Shown here: piece by piece, positions 1-10,363 of the stretch
How the letters are laid out: the number at the start of each line of letters is the position of its first letter
How positions within the stretch are numbered: the first letter of the stretch is position 1
Assembly: GCA_026985095.1 (NCBI GenBank)
Contig: JALSQW010000008.1
Location: 50,470 to 114,469 of the forward strand
DNA length: 64,000 bases
Origin: Acidimicrobiia bacterium
GTDB taxonomy: Bacteria; Actinomycetota; Acidimicrobiia; Spongiisociales; UBA5794
Direction of reading: 5' to 3'
Notes under the pieces: model-generated
Told to the model about the DNA's origin: nothing
Databases searched by the model: none
The model's input: only the letters and a program-made list of their open reading frames with translations
Translations under genes and position numbers: made by a program

Positions 1-643
1 ACCGCTGCCACGAGAACCCGAGAACGACCCGAGCGAGGGTTCCCAGGAGCGCCAGCCCGAGCACGAGATGCACGATCGCCGCAGACCAGATGAAGCGGGC
101 GGTGGAGCGGACCGATGGGAGGACCAGATCGTCGCGGGCTTCCCCGTAGTAGAGGGTCATCGCTCCGCCACCGGCGAACATCACCAGGGCGGCGATGATG
201 ATCCCCTGGCCGCCGAGGAAGTGAAGGAGATGACGCCAGAAGTTGAGCGACGGCGCCAGGTGGTCGAGGTCCTGAACGAGGGTGAGACCGGTGGTGGTGA
301 TCCCGGACATCGCGTCGAAGTAGGCGTCGAGGGGGCTCACGAAGTGACCCGAGAGCACGAACGGGATCGCTCCGATGAGCGGGACCAGCAGCCAGGTCGT
401 CGCCACCACCACCATGCCGTGGCCCCAGTCGAGCCGCTGTTCTTCCGGACAGACCCGGACCATCGCCGCCCCGAGGATCCCGTAGACCCCGATCATGAGG
501 AGGAACGACGAGAACGGGCCCCACTCCCGCCCGAGGGCCGCCCAGCCGAGGGGCAGGATCCCGGCGACGGCGACGACGAGGAAGATGCGACCGAGGTAGA
601 AGGCGATGGCCCGGAAGTCGTCGGCGTCGGGCCGCATCAACAC
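1..643 (-). CDS. trkH: TrkH-family potassium uptake membrane protein (N-terminal part; runs off window start)
   Basis: Manual minus-strand translation MRPDADDFRAIAFYLG...DAYFDAMSGITTTGLT...FWRHLLHFLGGQGII shows TrkH pore motifs; downstream of two trkA genes; not in supplied ORF track. Confidence 0.85.
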   Translation of the reverse strand, partial: MLMRPDADDFRAIAFYLGRIFLVVAVAGILPLGWAALGREWGPFSSFLLMIGVYGILGAAMVRVCPEEQRLDWGHGMVVVATTWLLVPLIGAIPFVLSGHFVSPLDAYFDAMSGITTTGLTLVQDLDHLAPSLNFWRHLLHFLGGQGIIIAALVMFAGGGAMTLYYGEARDDLVLPSVRSTARFIWSAAIVHLVLGLALLGTLARVVLGFSWQR

Positions 644-644
644 G

Positions 645-803
645 TCAGACCACCCAGATCACGACGAGCCCGACGAGGACCGCGAAACCGAACAGCACCG
701 CGACGATCAGCGCCTCGATGACGAACGAGATCAGCCCGCCACGAAGATCGATCAGCCAGCCGGATCGCACCTTCCGAACCGGTCGGCGCAGCTCGTCGCT
801 CAT
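645..803 (-). CDS. small membrane protein (52 aa)
   Basis: MSDELRRPVRKVRSGWLIDLRGGLISFVIEALIVAVLFGFAVLVGLVVIWVV; ATG overlaps trkA stop; one hydrophobic helix. Confidence 0.65.
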   Translation of the reverse strand: MSDELRRPVRKVRSGWLIDLRGGLISFVIEALIVAVLFGFAVLVGLVVIWVV

Positions 804-1459
804 CGCCCGTTGGCTTCCACGTCGAACGCCTCCTTCAACGCGGCGACCTGCTCGACGTTGCACGCGACCAGGATCCGATCGCCCGTCCGGATGACCGTGT
901 CGCCACGTGGGAACACGAGCTTGTCGCCACGGGCGACGATGACGATGACCGATTCGTCGGGGAGTTCGAGGTCGGTGACCCGGCGCGGCACGAAACCTTC
1001 GGGCAGCTCCAGCTCGATGACCTCGACCCGCCCGCCGGCGAACAGCTCGTGGCTCTCCAGACCGGGCACGGCCACCTCCCGCGAGATGACCTGCACCATC
1101 AGATCGGTCACCGCGATGACCTGGATCCCGAGGGCTTCGAAGGTCGCCTTGTTGGTCGGGTCGTTCATGCGGGCGAGGACCCTCCCGGCGCCGAGCGTCT
1201 TGGCGAGCTGAGCGGCGACGAGGTTGTTCTCGTCGCGTCCGGTCACCGCCACCACCCAGTCGGCCCGGTGGACGTTGGCGGCCCGGAGCAGCTCGATGTC
1301 GGTGCCGTCCCCTTCGAAGACGAGCACCTTCACCTCTTCGACGACCTGCCGGGCGTGGTCGGGGTTCTCTTCGATGACCGTCACGGTGTGGCCCGCCTTG
1401 GCGAGACGTCGGGCGAGATAGGACCCGACCCGGCCGCCTCCGACGACGAGGATCCTCAT
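800..1459 (-). CDS. trkA: TrkA-family K+ uptake NAD-binding subunit
   Basis: MRILVVGGGRVG Rossmann motif, VTGRDENN, C-terminal TrkA-C (PRGDTVIRTGD). Confidence 0.9.
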   Translation of the reverse strand: MRILVVGGGRVGSYLARRLAKAGHTVTVIEENPDHARQVVEEVKVLVFEGDGTDIELLRAANVHRADWVVAVTGRDENNLVAAQLAKTLGAGRVLARMNDPTNKATFEALGIQVIAVTDLMVQVISREVAVPGLESHELFAGGRVEVIELELPEGFVPRRVTDLELPDESVIVIVARGDKLVFPRGDTVIRTGDRILVACNVEQVAALKEAFDVEANGR

Positions 1460-2118
1460 GACCCCTCCTCGGCCTGGAGATAGCGGCGGATCCGGGAGCG
1501 GGTGCCGTGACGGGCGGCGGCGACCAGGAGGTCCCCGACATGGAGCTCGAAGTCGGGATCGGGGATGATCGTGCGCGATCGCCGCCGTACGGCGGCGATC
1601 CGCAGCGCGTTGGAGATCTCGAGATCCGCCACGGTGAGGCCGTCGGCCTCCGGTCCGAGGGTCATGTCGACGATCTCGACGTCGCCGGTGCCGGGGAACG
1701 TCACGTGGTAGTCGAACTCGATCTCGACGATCTGCTCGTGGATCACCCGCGAGGTGAGCTGGGCGGCGGGGACGTAGCGGATGTCGAGCGCCCGGTACGC
1801 TTCGGCCCTGGCCGGGTCGTCGAGACGAGCCAGGGTGCGGGGGACACCGAAGACCGAACGAGCCACCTGCACCGCCATGAGGTTGGCGTTGTCGGAGCTG
1901 GTGACGGCGACGAACACGTCGGCGAATTCGATCCCGGCGTCGCGCAACACCCGCACGTCGTAGGCGAGACCGGTGTGCGTGGTGCCGTTGAACGTGCCGC
2001 CGAGACGTGCGAAGGTGCGCTCGTCCTTGTCGATGATCGACGCGTCGTGACCTTCCTCCCCGAGGGTGATGGCGATATCGCTCCCGACCCTGCCGCAACC
2101 GGCGATGACGATGCGCAT
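1456..2118 (-). CDS. trkA: TrkA-family K+ uptake NAD-binding subunit
   Basis: MRIVIAGCGRVG, AVTSSDNAN; CeoB/CeoC-like tandem pair. Confidence 0.9.
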   Translation of the reverse strand: MRIVIAGCGRVGSDIAITLGEEGHDASIIDKDERTFARLGGTFNGTTHTGLAYDVRVLRDAGIEFADVFVAVTSSDNANLMAVQVARSVFGVPRTLARLDDPARAEAYRALDIRYVPAAQLTSRVIHEQIVEIEFDYHVTFPGTGDVEIVDMTLGPEADGLTVADLEISNALRIAAVRRRSRTIIPDPDFELHVGDLLVAAARHGTRSRIRRYLQAEEGS

Positions 2119-2202
2119 CCGGGCAGGCTACCGCCTTCGAGATCCGCCGAGGTGCCTCGTTCGAGACCGCATGTGCCGGACTCGCCGGTAGCATCGCCGC
2201 CG

Positions 2203-3420
2203 ATGCCCCGTCGATCTCTCCTCGTCGTCTCGGTCGTGATCGCCCTCGCCGCCACGGCATGCAGCCCGTCGGCCTCCCCGACGCCGACCACGTCGACCTC
2301 GACGGCGGCGCCGACGACCACATCGACCACGGCACCGCCGACGACCACCAGCACGTCTCCGCTCGAGACGACCGTCTCGGGGACGGACATCGATCCTGAC
2401 GCCCTGATGCTCCTCACCGCGCTGTACCGGCGACTGGCCGATCCGTCGGCGCCGATGCCGAAGGTGACCCCGGGAGCGCTCCCCGACCCGTTGCCGGTCG
2501 TGGAGCGCCCCGCGACGTTGGCGGCCACCGCCTCGACGGCCGTCCTCGCCGACGGTGTGGAGCTGTCGGTGGTGCACGTGGGCGACGACCTGATCCTTCT
2601 CGTCGGCAACGACGCCGGGTGGAGGATCGTCGGTGCCGACCTCGCCGATCAGCCTCCCTGGCTCGGACCCGAGCCGGCCATGGTCCTCGTGATCGGTTCG
2701 GACGCCAGGGTCGGTGAGGCGCAGACGACGTTCCGTGCCGATTCGCTGCATGTTCTGACGGCGGTGCCGAGCGCCGGGACCGGCGCCATCGTCGGGTTCC
2801 CCCGAGACTCGTACGTGACCACGCCGTTCGGGAAGATGAAGATCAGCTCCCTGATGGCCGGACGCGGCCCCGAGGTGATGGCCGACGAGATGCGGGCCGA
2901 GTTCGACATCCCGATCGAGGGCTACGTCGTGACGGGGTTCAAGGGGTTCGAAGAGCTCATGTGGGAGCTGGGGCCGCTCCCGATCGAGATCCCCTTCGAC
3001 ATCCCCACCCAGAAGTACTGGGCCGGATGGAACGCCGGCGAGCAGACCCTGTCTCCGCAGCGGGTCCTCGAGTTCGCGCGGACGCGCAAGAAGATCCCGG
3101 GCGGGGATTTCGGTCGCTCCGTCAACCAGGGACGGGTGATGCTGGCCGTGCTGCGCATGTTCCAACTCGGCACCGTCGACGACGCCCCTGCCCTCGTCGC
3201 CGCGCTCGAACGCCACACGTGGACGGACCTGTCGCGGGATCGTCTCTTGCAGCTCGCCGTCGCCGCCTACACCCTGGACCCCGAGACGATCGCCAACGTC
3301 GTGCTTCCCGGCAAGCTCGGGCGCGACCCCAACGGCGCCTCGGTGGTGTACCTGCAGCCCGAGGCGCGCGACATCGTGGCCGACCTCGTCGACGACGGTG
3401 TGTTGACGCCACCGTCGTGA
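2203..3420 (+). CDS. LytR-CpsA-Psr (LCP) family lipoprotein
   Basis: Lipoprotein signal (LAATAC), Thr-rich linker, LVIGSDAR, RADS, FPRD, FARTR, GDFGRSVNQ. Confidence 0.85.
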   Translation: MPRRSLLVVSVVIALAATACSPSASPTPTTSTSTAAPTTTSTTAPPTTTSTSPLETTVSGTDIDPDALMLLTALYRRLADPSAPMPKVTPGALPDPLPVVERPATLAATASTAVLADGVELSVVHVGDDLILLVGNDAGWRIVGADLADQPPWLGPEPAMVLVIGSDARVGEAQTTFRADSLHVLTAVPSAGTGAIVGFPRDSYVTTPFGKMKISSLMAGRGPEVMADEMRAEFDIPIEGYVVTGFKGFEELMWELGPLPIEIPFDIPTQKYWAGWNAGEQTLSPQRVLEFARTRKKIPGGDFGRSVNQGRVMLAVLRMFQLGTVDDAPALVAALERHTWTDLSRDRLLQLAVAAYTLDPETIANVVLPGKLGRDPNGASVVYLQPEARDIVADLVDDGVLTPPS

Positions 3421-5684
3421 CGACCTTCACGTCGGTCGTCGACGCTTGGTACGACGATCCCGAGGCGGCGGAATGCATCGTCGGCGTGCACGTCGTCGAC
3501 GCCCGCGTTGCGACCTTCGGGGACCTCCGCCGGCCGCTCCCACCGTCGATCGTCGCCGCCTCGAGGGATCACGGCATCGATCGTCTCTTCCGGCATCAAG
3601 CCGAGGCCATCGACCTGGTGCGGGAGCGGACCCACACGGTCGTCGTCGCCGGGACCGCGGCGGGGAAGTCCCTCACCTACCGGATCCCGATCGTCGAAGC
3701 GATCGAGCAGGATCCCCAGGCGACGGCGCTGCTCCTGTTCCCCACCAAGGCGCTGGGACGTGACCAGCTCGGCGGGTTCGGCCCGTTCCTGTCCTGCGGC
3801 GTGACCCCCGCGGTGTACGACGGCGACACACCCGCCGACGAACGGAGATGGGTCCGATCGAACGCCAACGTCGTGTTGACGAACCCCGACATGCTGCATG
3901 TGGGGATCCTGCCCAATCATCCGAACTGGGCCCGGTTCCTCTCCGGTCTCCGCTACGTCGTCCTCGACGAGATGCACGTGCTGCGCGGCGCCTTCGGCAC
4001 CCATGCCGCACTGATCCTTCGCAGGCTCCGTCGTCTCGCCGCCCGCTACGGAGCCGACCCGACGTTCGTGTCGACCTCGGCGACGATCGGCAACGCCGGC
4101 GAACTGGCCTCGCGGTTGATCGGGGCGCCGGTGACGACGGTCGCTCGCGACGACGCCCCCCGGGGCGAACGCACCTTCGTGGTGTGGAACCCCGAGCTCC
4201 TCGACCCCGATGCCGGCGCCCGGGCGTCGGCGCTCGCCGACGCCTCCCGCATCTTCGCGTCGCTGGTGGACGCCGACGTGGCGACGATCCTGTTCGCCCG
4301 CAGCCGGAGGGGCACGGAACTGGCCTACACGTGGGCGGCAGAGCGCCTCGGCCCAGACACGGCCGCGACGGTCGCTGCCTATCGGGGGGGCTACCGGGCC
4401 GACGACCGGCGGACCGTCGAGCGACGTCTGTTCTCCGGAGAGCTTCGGGGCATCGTGACCACCAACGCCCTCGAGCTGGGGATCGACGTCGGGGAGTTCG
4501 ATGCATCGATCCTGGCGACGTTCCCCGGCACGATCGCCTCGTTCCACCAGCAGGCCGGGAGGGCAGGTCGGGGCGACGATCCCGCGTTGACGGTGCTGGT
4601 CTGCGGCGCGGACGCCCTCGACCAGTACTACGCCACCCACCCCGACGAGCTGTTCTCGCGTCCCCCGGAGGCCGCGGTCGTCAACCCGGACAATCCGGTG
4701 ATCCTCGGCGCCCATCTGCGCTGCGCGGCCCATGAGGCCGACCTGTCACCCGACGACCGGCGCTGGTTCGGCGAGACCTTCGAGGAGCGGGTGACCGACC
4801 TCGTCGCCGAGGGATCGCTGGGGATCCGGGAAGGCAGGGTGTTCTCACCGACGGGCCGGTCTCCCGCCTCCAGCATCGACATCCGGGGTTCGGGGGGCCG
4901 CGAGTACGTGATCGTGGACGACGCCGGGACGATGCTGGGCACCGCCGACGAGGGTCGGGCGTTCTCCCAGTGCCATGTCGGCGCCGTGTACCTCCATCAG
5001 GGCGACACCTACCTCGTCGACGTCCTCGACATCGCCCACCGGGAGGTCCGCGTGCGGGCGGCGAAGGTGCCGTGGTACACACGGGCCCACGTCGACAAGG
5101 ATCTCGAGATCCTCGCCGAGGGGAGCCGGAAGCCGCTGGACCGCCTGACGGTGCATCTCGGCACGGTCGAGGTCACGACCAGGGTGACCGGTTACCAGCG
5201 GCTCGATCTCCGCACCCAGGCGGTTCTGGACACGAGCCCGCTCGACCTCCCGGAGCGGTCGTTCGTGACCGACGCCATCTGGTTCACGTTCCCTCCCGAC
5301 GTCCTCGACGACGCCGCCGTGGGGCCCGAGGCCCTTCCGGGAGCGATCCACGCCGCCGAGCACACGGCCATCGGCGTGCTTCCCCTGTTCGCGGTGTGCG
5401 ACCGCTGGGATGTCGGCGGCTTGTCCACCCCGCATCATCCGACCACGGGCACGACGACGTTCTTCATCTACGACGGGGTCGCCGGAGGGACCGGCATCGC
5501 CCAGATCGCCTATGCCCGAGCGGCCGAGCACCTGAACGCGACGACCGACATCTTGGAACGCTGCCCCTGCGCAGCCGGGTGCCCTTCGTGCGTGCAATCA
5601 CCCAAGTGCGGCAACGAGAACGATCCCCTCGACCGGTTCGGGGCTCTGGCGCTGCTGCGGACCGGCATGGGTCGTCGAGCCTGA
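3417..5684 (+). CDS. DEAD/DEAH-box helicase with DUF1998 (SftH/Hrq1/MrfA type)
   Basis: GTAAGKS, DEMH, TSAT, ALELGID, QQAGRAGR, C-terminal CPC..GCPSC..SPKC. Confidence 0.92.
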   Translation: MTTFTSVVDAWYDDPEAAECIVGVHVVDARVATFGDLRRPLPPSIVAASRDHGIDRLFRHQAEAIDLVRERTHTVVVAGTAAGKSLTYRIPIVEAIEQDPQATALLLFPTKALGRDQLGGFGPFLSCGVTPAVYDGDTPADERRWVRSNANVVLTNPDMLHVGILPNHPNWARFLSGLRYVVLDEMHVLRGAFGTHAALILRRLRRLAARYGADPTFVSTSATIGNAGELASRLIGAPVTTVARDDAPRGERTFVVWNPELLDPDAGARASALADASRIFASLVDADVATILFARSRRGTELAYTWAAERLGPDTAATVAAYRGGYRADDRRTVERRLFSGELRGIVTTNALELGIDVGEFDASILATFPGTIASFHQQAGRAGRGDDPALTVLVCGADALDQYYATHPDELFSRPPEAAVVNPDNPVILGAHLRCAAHEADLSPDDRRWFGETFEERVTDLVAEGSLGIREGRVFSPTGRSPASSIDIRGSGGREYVIVDDAGTMLGTADEGRAFSQCHVGAVYLHQGDTYLVDVLDIAHREVRVRAAKVPWYTRAHVDKDLEILAEGSRKPLDRLTVHLGTVEVTTRVTGYQRLDLRTQAVLDTSPLDLPERSFVTDAIWFTFPPDVLDDAAVGPEALPGAIHAAEHTAIGVLPLFAVCDRWDVGGLSTPHHPTTGTTTFFIYDGVAGGTGIAQIAYARAAEHLNATTDILERCPCAAGCPSCVQSPKCGNENDPLDRFGALALLRTGMGRRA

Positions 5685-5702
5685 CGCGTCCTGGCGGAGA
5701 CC

Positions 5703-6092
5703 TCAGGAGCCGACGACGAGCGCGGCGGGATCGAACCGGGCTCGCGCCTCCACGGTGACGACGAGATCGGGCAGGCCCACGAGTCGGGCCACACGGCGCA
5801 CGACCACCACGACCGTCCGGGGCTCCCACGACGGATCGACCGGGCAGACGCACCCGACGAGCTCGGCGCCGTTGGCGGCGGCGAATCGGGCCGCCTCCCG
5901 GCGGGGACCGGCCGTGGCCCCGAAGGGCAGGAACGTGACGGGAGCGGCCGCCAAGGCGGCAGCGTCGGCTGCCACCGAGGCGCGCTGGCGAGCGGCGAGG
6001 AGAATGCCGACGTCGGCGAGGCCGATGGTGAGGACCACCACCACGGCGATCTGCGCCAACAGGAGGGGCGCGGCCGACCCGCGTTCGGTCAC
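5703..6092 (-). CDS. TadE/TadG-like pseudopilin (Rv3654c-like)
   Basis: ERGSA prepilin start, AADAAALAAA motif, Tad locus. Confidence 0.8.
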   Translation of the reverse strand: MTERGSAAPLLLAQIAVVVVLTIGLADVGILLAARQRASVAADAAALAAAPVTFLPFGATAGPRREAARFAAANGAELVGCVCPVDPSWEPRTVVVVVRRVARLVGLPDLVVTVEARARFDPAALVVGS

Positions 6093-6445
6093 CGCTCGAC
6101 CCGCATCGTCGCCGTGGACGACACCTCGACGGACAGGTCGCCGAGCAGGCCACGGGCGATCCGATGCCGCAGCGACACCTCGACGGAGGCCATCTCGCCG
6201 ACCACGTGGGGTCGGCGCACGCCGATCCGGGCCTCAGGACCGGCGTCGCCGAGTGCTGCCCTGGCGACGCGGACCGCGGTGGACGGATCCGGGGACGTGG
6301 CCGCCTCCCTGGCCCCCTCCCTGGCGGCGTGGATGACCTGGAGTTGGGTGCGCGCGACGACCGCCACCTCCACGAGGCCGAGGAGGAGGGCGAGCACGAG
6401 CGGCACGACGATGGCGAACTCGATGGCGGCGCTTCCTCGCATCAC
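6089..6445 (-). CDS. tadE: TadE-like minor pilin
   Basis: RGSAAIEFA prepilin motif, AAREGAR. Confidence 0.85.
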   Translation of the reverse strand: MMRGSAAIEFAIVVPLVLALLLGLVEVAVVARTQLQVIHAAREGAREAATSPDPSTAVRVARAALGDAGPEARIGVRRPHVVGEMASVEVSLRHRIARGLLGDLSVEVSSTATMRVER

Positions 6446-6618
6446 GTGCCCGCCATCGACGAGACCTTCGCCATGACCGCGTCGAAGAACCGGGGAAGCG
6501 CGTCGGTGGACGTGGCCCAGGCGATCAGGGCGAGCGCCACCGCGGCTGCGGCGATGAGGACGAGAGCGTATTCGGCGGTAGCTTGGCCGCGCTGGTCGGT
6601 GTGGAGATGAGCGATCAT
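6442..6618 (-). CDS. flp: Flp-type pilin (DUF4244-like)
   Basis: MIAHLHTDQRGQATAEYALV; G|xxxxEY motif; AAGGAG RBS. Confidence 0.85.
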   Translation of the reverse strand: MIAHLHTDQRGQATAEYALVLIAAAAVALALIAWATSTDALPRFFDAVMAKVSSMAGT

Positions 6619-6653
6619 CTTCGGCTCCTTGGTCGGATGGGGAAGGCGGGTTC

Positions 6654-7190
6654 TCATGGCACGAGGCGACGGAGTCCGTCGACGACCGTCGGGCCCAGCG
6701 TCATCAGCAGGAAGCCCGGCAGGATGAGCAGGGCGAGCGGGAACAGCAGCTTGACGGGGAGGCGACGGGCGGCGGCGACCGCGCGGGCGCGACGGGCGTC
6801 GTGGAGTTCGTCCACCAGATGGGCGACGGCAGGGCCCATGGGTGCTCCGGTGGTGGCCGCACGACCGATGGCCACGAACAACGGCCGGCTCGGCCCGGCG
6901 GCGTCGACGAAGCCCTCGGCACCGCCGACCGTCGACCGACGGAGCACGTCGAGGGCGTCGGCGGACACCGGTCCGGGGAGTTCGGCGGCCGCGGCCCGGA
7001 TCGCCCCGGGAAGGGTCGATCCTGCGCCGAGGCCGAGCAGCACGAGGCGGCTGAGGAGGAGGAGATCGCCGTCGATGTCGGTGCGCTCGGATGGGGCAGC
7101 GAGCCGGCGGATGGTGGCGACCAGGGGCGACCGGCGGGTCGGCTCGACGGTGACGAGCGCGACAGCGACGACGGCGCCCGCGACGATCAC
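6654..7190 (-). CDS. tadC: TadC-like T2SS-F protein
   Basis: C-terminal LPVKLLFPLALLILPGF; position in Tad locus. Confidence 0.8.
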   Translation of the reverse strand: MIVAGAVVAVALVTVEPTRRSPLVATIRRLAAPSERTDIDGDLLLLSRLVLLGLGAGSTLPGAIRAAAAELPGPVSADALDVLRRSTVGGAEGFVDAAGPSRPLFVAIGRAATTGAPMGPAVAHLVDELHDARRARAVAAARRLPVKLLFPLALLILPGFLLMTLGPTVVDGLRRLVP

Positions 7191-7852
7191 GCCGTCGCCC
7201 GCCGCAGCATGAGGGCGATGATGGCCGCGCCGAGGATCTCGAGGACGGCGCCGGCCGCGACGAGCCCGAGGGCCACCGGATCCGCGAACACCTCCCGGGA
7301 GACGGCGACCACGAGAGCACCGAACACCAGCGGCGCCAATCCGACGACCGCAGCCGACAGACGGGCTTGGGCGGTGTGCGCGCGAAGCTCCCTGTGGAGC
7401 TCCCTCCGCTCGTCCGCCTGCGCGGCGAGCGCATCGAAGACGGCCGCGGCCTTGGCCCCACTGCGTCCCGACATGCGCACCGCGACCGCCAGCGACGCTC
7501 CGTCTTCGGGCAGGCACCCGGAGAGCTCCGTGGCGACCCGGCTCAGGGGCACGCCGGCGATCGCCATCCGCACCGGTCGGTCCAGCGCGAGCTCGGGGGC
7601 CCGGTCCGCGGCGTGCGCCAGCGCCACCCGGAGGGAGGCGCCTGCCCGGAGCTCGGCGGCGATCGCGGCGCAGTACCGAGCCTCGGCATCGTCGGCGCGG
7701 CCGGGGCGCCCTCGGAGACGGACGACGACCGCCCACGTCGCGACGGCGGCGAGCGCCAGCCGCGGATCGGCGACGCCGAGCGCACCCAGCGCCACGACGG
7801 GTAGCGGAACGCCGGCGACGATGGCCACCGCGAGCCCGACCGCTCTCAACAC
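7187..7852 (-). CDS. tadB: TadB-like T2SS-F protein
   Basis: AAELRAG, AQARLSAAVVGLAP motifs. Confidence 0.8.
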   Translation of the reverse strand: MLRAVGLAVAIVAGVPLPVVALGALGVADPRLALAAVATWAVVVRLRGRPGRADDAEARYCAAIAAELRAGASLRVALAHAADRAPELALDRPVRMAIAGVPLSRVATELSGCLPEDGASLAVAVRMSGRSGAKAAAVFDALAAQADERRELHRELRAHTAQARLSAAVVGLAPLVFGALVVAVSREVFADPVALGLVAAGAVLEILGAAIIALMLRRATA

Positions 7853-8907
7853 GGGTACACCTCGTCGAGCCCGTCCACGTCGACCTCCACGATCGACCGG
7901 ACCCGACGGGTCCCTTCGTCGCGGACCATGAACACGACGACATCGACGATCGTCCGGATCTGGCGGCGGAGCACGTCGGCGTCGACTGGCCGCTCGGCCG
8001 ACGATGCCAGCATCTCGAGCCGGGCCAGGGCCGTGGCGGGTCCCGAGGCGTGGATGGTCGACATCGAGCCCCGGTGCCCGGTGCCGAGGGCTTGGACCAT
8101 GTCGAGCGCTTCGGCACCGCGGACCTCACCGACGACGATCCGGTCCGGCCGAAGGCGCAGCGCATGGCGCAGCAGGGTGCGCATCGTGACCTCACCGAAG
8201 CCTTCGGCGTTCTTCGCTCGGGCTTCGAGACGGATGACGTGACCGGGGAAGGCCAGCTCGGCGGCGTCTTCGACCGTGACGACCCGCTGGTCGGCGGGCA
8301 CGGCGCGGGCCAGCACGTTGAGGAGCGTCGTCTTGCCCGATCCGGTCTGTCCGGCGACCAGGACGTTGCGCCGTTCGCCGACGACCTCGGCCAGCAGACG
8401 TGCCCCCTGCGGCTCGATCCCGCCTCGTGCGACCAGTTCGTCGAGATCGCCCACGGCGTCGGTGAAGCGGCGGATCGCGACGACGGGGCCGTCGACGGCG
8501 ACCGGCGGGATGATGGCGTGCAGACGCGATCCGTCGGGGAGGCGGGCGTCGACCGCCGGGCTGGCCCGATCGAGGCGGAGACCCAGGGGGGCGATCATCC
8601 GCTCCACCGCGGCGACGACGGCCGCCGCGTCGGGGAACGTGACCTCGGTGGGCACGAGGACACCGTCGCGTTCGACCCACACGTCGTCGAACCGGTTGAC
8701 GAGGACGTCCGAGACGGACGGGTCACGCAGCAGCGGCTCGAGGGGGCCGAGGCCGACGAGGGCATCGACCGCGGCGAGGAGCTCGTCGGGCTTCGCGAGG
8801 GGGGCCTCGACGGCTGCTACCTCGCGGACGGCGGTCTCCAGCGCACCCCGCTCGAGGGGGACGTCGGCGGCGAGGAGCGCCTCGACGAGACGGTCGATCA
8901 CCGCCAC
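7846..8907 (-). CDS. tadA: TadA/CpaF pilus assembly ATPase
   Basis: GLGPLEPLL..DVLVN, GQTGSGKTT, EDAAEL, ALRLRPDRIVVGEVRG, GHxGSMSTIHA; start approximate. Confidence 0.92.
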   Translation of the reverse strand: MAVIDRLVEALLAADVPLERGALETAVREVAAVEAPLAKPDELLAAVDALVGLGPLEPLLRDPSVSDVLVNRFDDVWVERDGVLVPTEVTFPDAAAVVAAVERMIAPLGLRLDRASPAVDARLPDGSRLHAIIPPVAVDGPVVAIRRFTDAVGDLDELVARGGIEPQGARLLAEVVGERRNVLVAGQTGSGKTTLLNVLARAVPADQRVVTVEDAAELAFPGHVIRLEARAKNAEGFGEVTMRTLLRHALRLRPDRIVVGEVRGAEALDMVQALGTGHRGSMSTIHASGPATALARLEMLASSAERPVDADVLRRQIRTIVDVVVFMVRDEGTRRVRSIVEVDVDGLDEVYPC

Positions 8908-9443
8908 GGGTACGACCAGACCCTCCGCCACGAACGAACCCATCGCCCCCAGACGGGACGCTGCATCCGGGCCAGACGACCCAGCTCGCCCGGGAGCGGC
9001 CGAGCGAGGACGACACCGTCGGGACGTTCGGGGCTCCGCCATGCGGTCGGCTGGTACACGGCGGGCCCGTCCACGGCGGTCCGGAGCCCGGGAGGGACCA
9101 AGGGCAGGACCGGGACGGTGCGGAAACCCGGCGGAACGTCGCGCCCGGGTGCGTGGACGACGAGGGCCGGCCACCCGACGGCAAGGGCGTCGAGGAGCTC
9201 GGCGGCCTCACCGGCGGTGGCGTCCCCTCCGGGGAGGTAGGCGACTCCCGAACGCGCCGGCTGGAGCTGGGCGGCGGTCGGACCGTCGGCGACGATGGTC
9301 GCCACGGTGGGACCGCGGGGCTCGGCGGCGGGGTCGGGGGCGAGGTCCACGACCAGGCAGGTTCCGGCGGCGGCGCCCAACGCCAACGCCCCCAGGGACC
9401 CGAGGGCCCGATCATCGGGCGACCACAGGTGGAGGGCGGGCAT
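8898..9443 (-). CDS. Ssd/CpaE-like MinD-related protein (degenerate, short)
   Basis: LVVDL motif; syntenic position between TadA and divergent HAD gene as for Rv3660c. Confidence 0.5.
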   Translation of the reverse strand: MPALHLWSPDDRALGSLGALALGAAAGTCLVVDLAPDPAAEPRGPTVATIVADGPTAAQLQPARSGVAYLPGGDATAGEAAELLDALAVGWPALVVHAPGRDVPPGFRTVPVLPLVPPGLRTAVDGPAVYQPTAWRSPERPDGVVLARPLPGELGRLARMQRPVWGRWVRSWRRVWSYPWR

Positions 9444-9574
9444 CGGGCTTCCTCGGTTCGGCGGACGGGGAAGCCGGACCAACGTACGTCGCGGGAAGGG
9501 CCGGTTCAAGGGGTCCGTCGACACGCCCCGAGATGCTCCAGAGGAGCTCGGTGTTCGCCGATACACTCTCCACC

Positions 9575-10354
9575 ATGCAACAGGCCGCGTTCTTCGACCT
9601 CGACAAGACCGTCATCGCCCGGTCGTCGACCCTCGCCTTCGGCAAGCCCCTCTACAAGGCGGGGCTGGTCGGCCGGGGGGCGCTGATGAAGATGGCCCTG
9701 GGGCAGATCTTCTACCTCGTGTTCGGCGCCGACGAGGACACGATGGAGCGCGCCCGCGATGCGTTGTTGACCACGATCAGCGGCTGGAAGCGATCCGACA
9801 TCGAACGGCTCGTGGAAGAGACCCTCGAAACGATCGCCGACCCGATGGTGTACGCCGAGGCGCTGTTCCTCATCGACGAGCACAAACGGCAGGGCCGGCG
9901 GGTGTTCATCATCTCGGCCAGCCCGGAGGAGATCGTCCGGCCGATCTCCCGCCACATCGGCGTCGACGAGGTGATCGCCACGAAGGTGAAGGTCGACGCC
10001 GATGGCCGCTACCTGCCCGAGCTGGAGCGCTACGCCATGGGCGAGGGCAAGGCGGAGGCGATCCGTGATGTCGCGGCCGCCGAAGGCCTCGACCTGGAAG
10101 GCTCCTACGCGTATTCCGATTCGATCACCGATCTTCCGATGCTCGAAGCCGTGGGCCATCCGGTGGCGGTCAACCCCGAACGCGACCTCCGGAAGGTCGC
10201 CGAGGAGCGGGGCTGGCCCATCCTGGAGTTCCAGCGACCCGTCACCTTGGGGCCTCGTCTCCCTCGACCGTCGGCGCTGGCGGGAGTGGTGGTCGCCGCC
10301 GCGGTGGGCGCTGCGGTCACGGCGGTGGTGCTGATGAAGCGCAGGAGCCGCTGA
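9575..10354 (+). CDS. HAD-IB family hydrolase (Rv3661-like)
   Basis: AAFFDLDKT, ISAS, YSDSITDLPML, C-terminal TM; TACACT -10 element 7 nt upstream. Confidence 0.9.
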   Translation: MQQAAFFDLDKTVIARSSTLAFGKPLYKAGLVGRGALMKMALGQIFYLVFGADEDTMERARDALLTTISGWKRSDIERLVEETLETIADPMVYAEALFLIDEHKRQGRRVFIISASPEEIVRPISRHIGVDEVIATKVKVDADGRYLPELERYAMGEGKAEAIRDVAAAEGLDLEGSYAYSDSITDLPMLEAVGHPVAVNPERDLRKVAEERGWPILEFQRPVTLGPRLPRPSALAGVVVAAAVGAAVTAVVLMKRRSR

Positions 10355-10363
10355 CCGACGACG

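Noticed and set aside
9444-9574. 6C RNA expected from mycobacterial synteny between ssd and the HAD gene
   Set aside because: No pair of hairpins with C-run loops is visible on either strand
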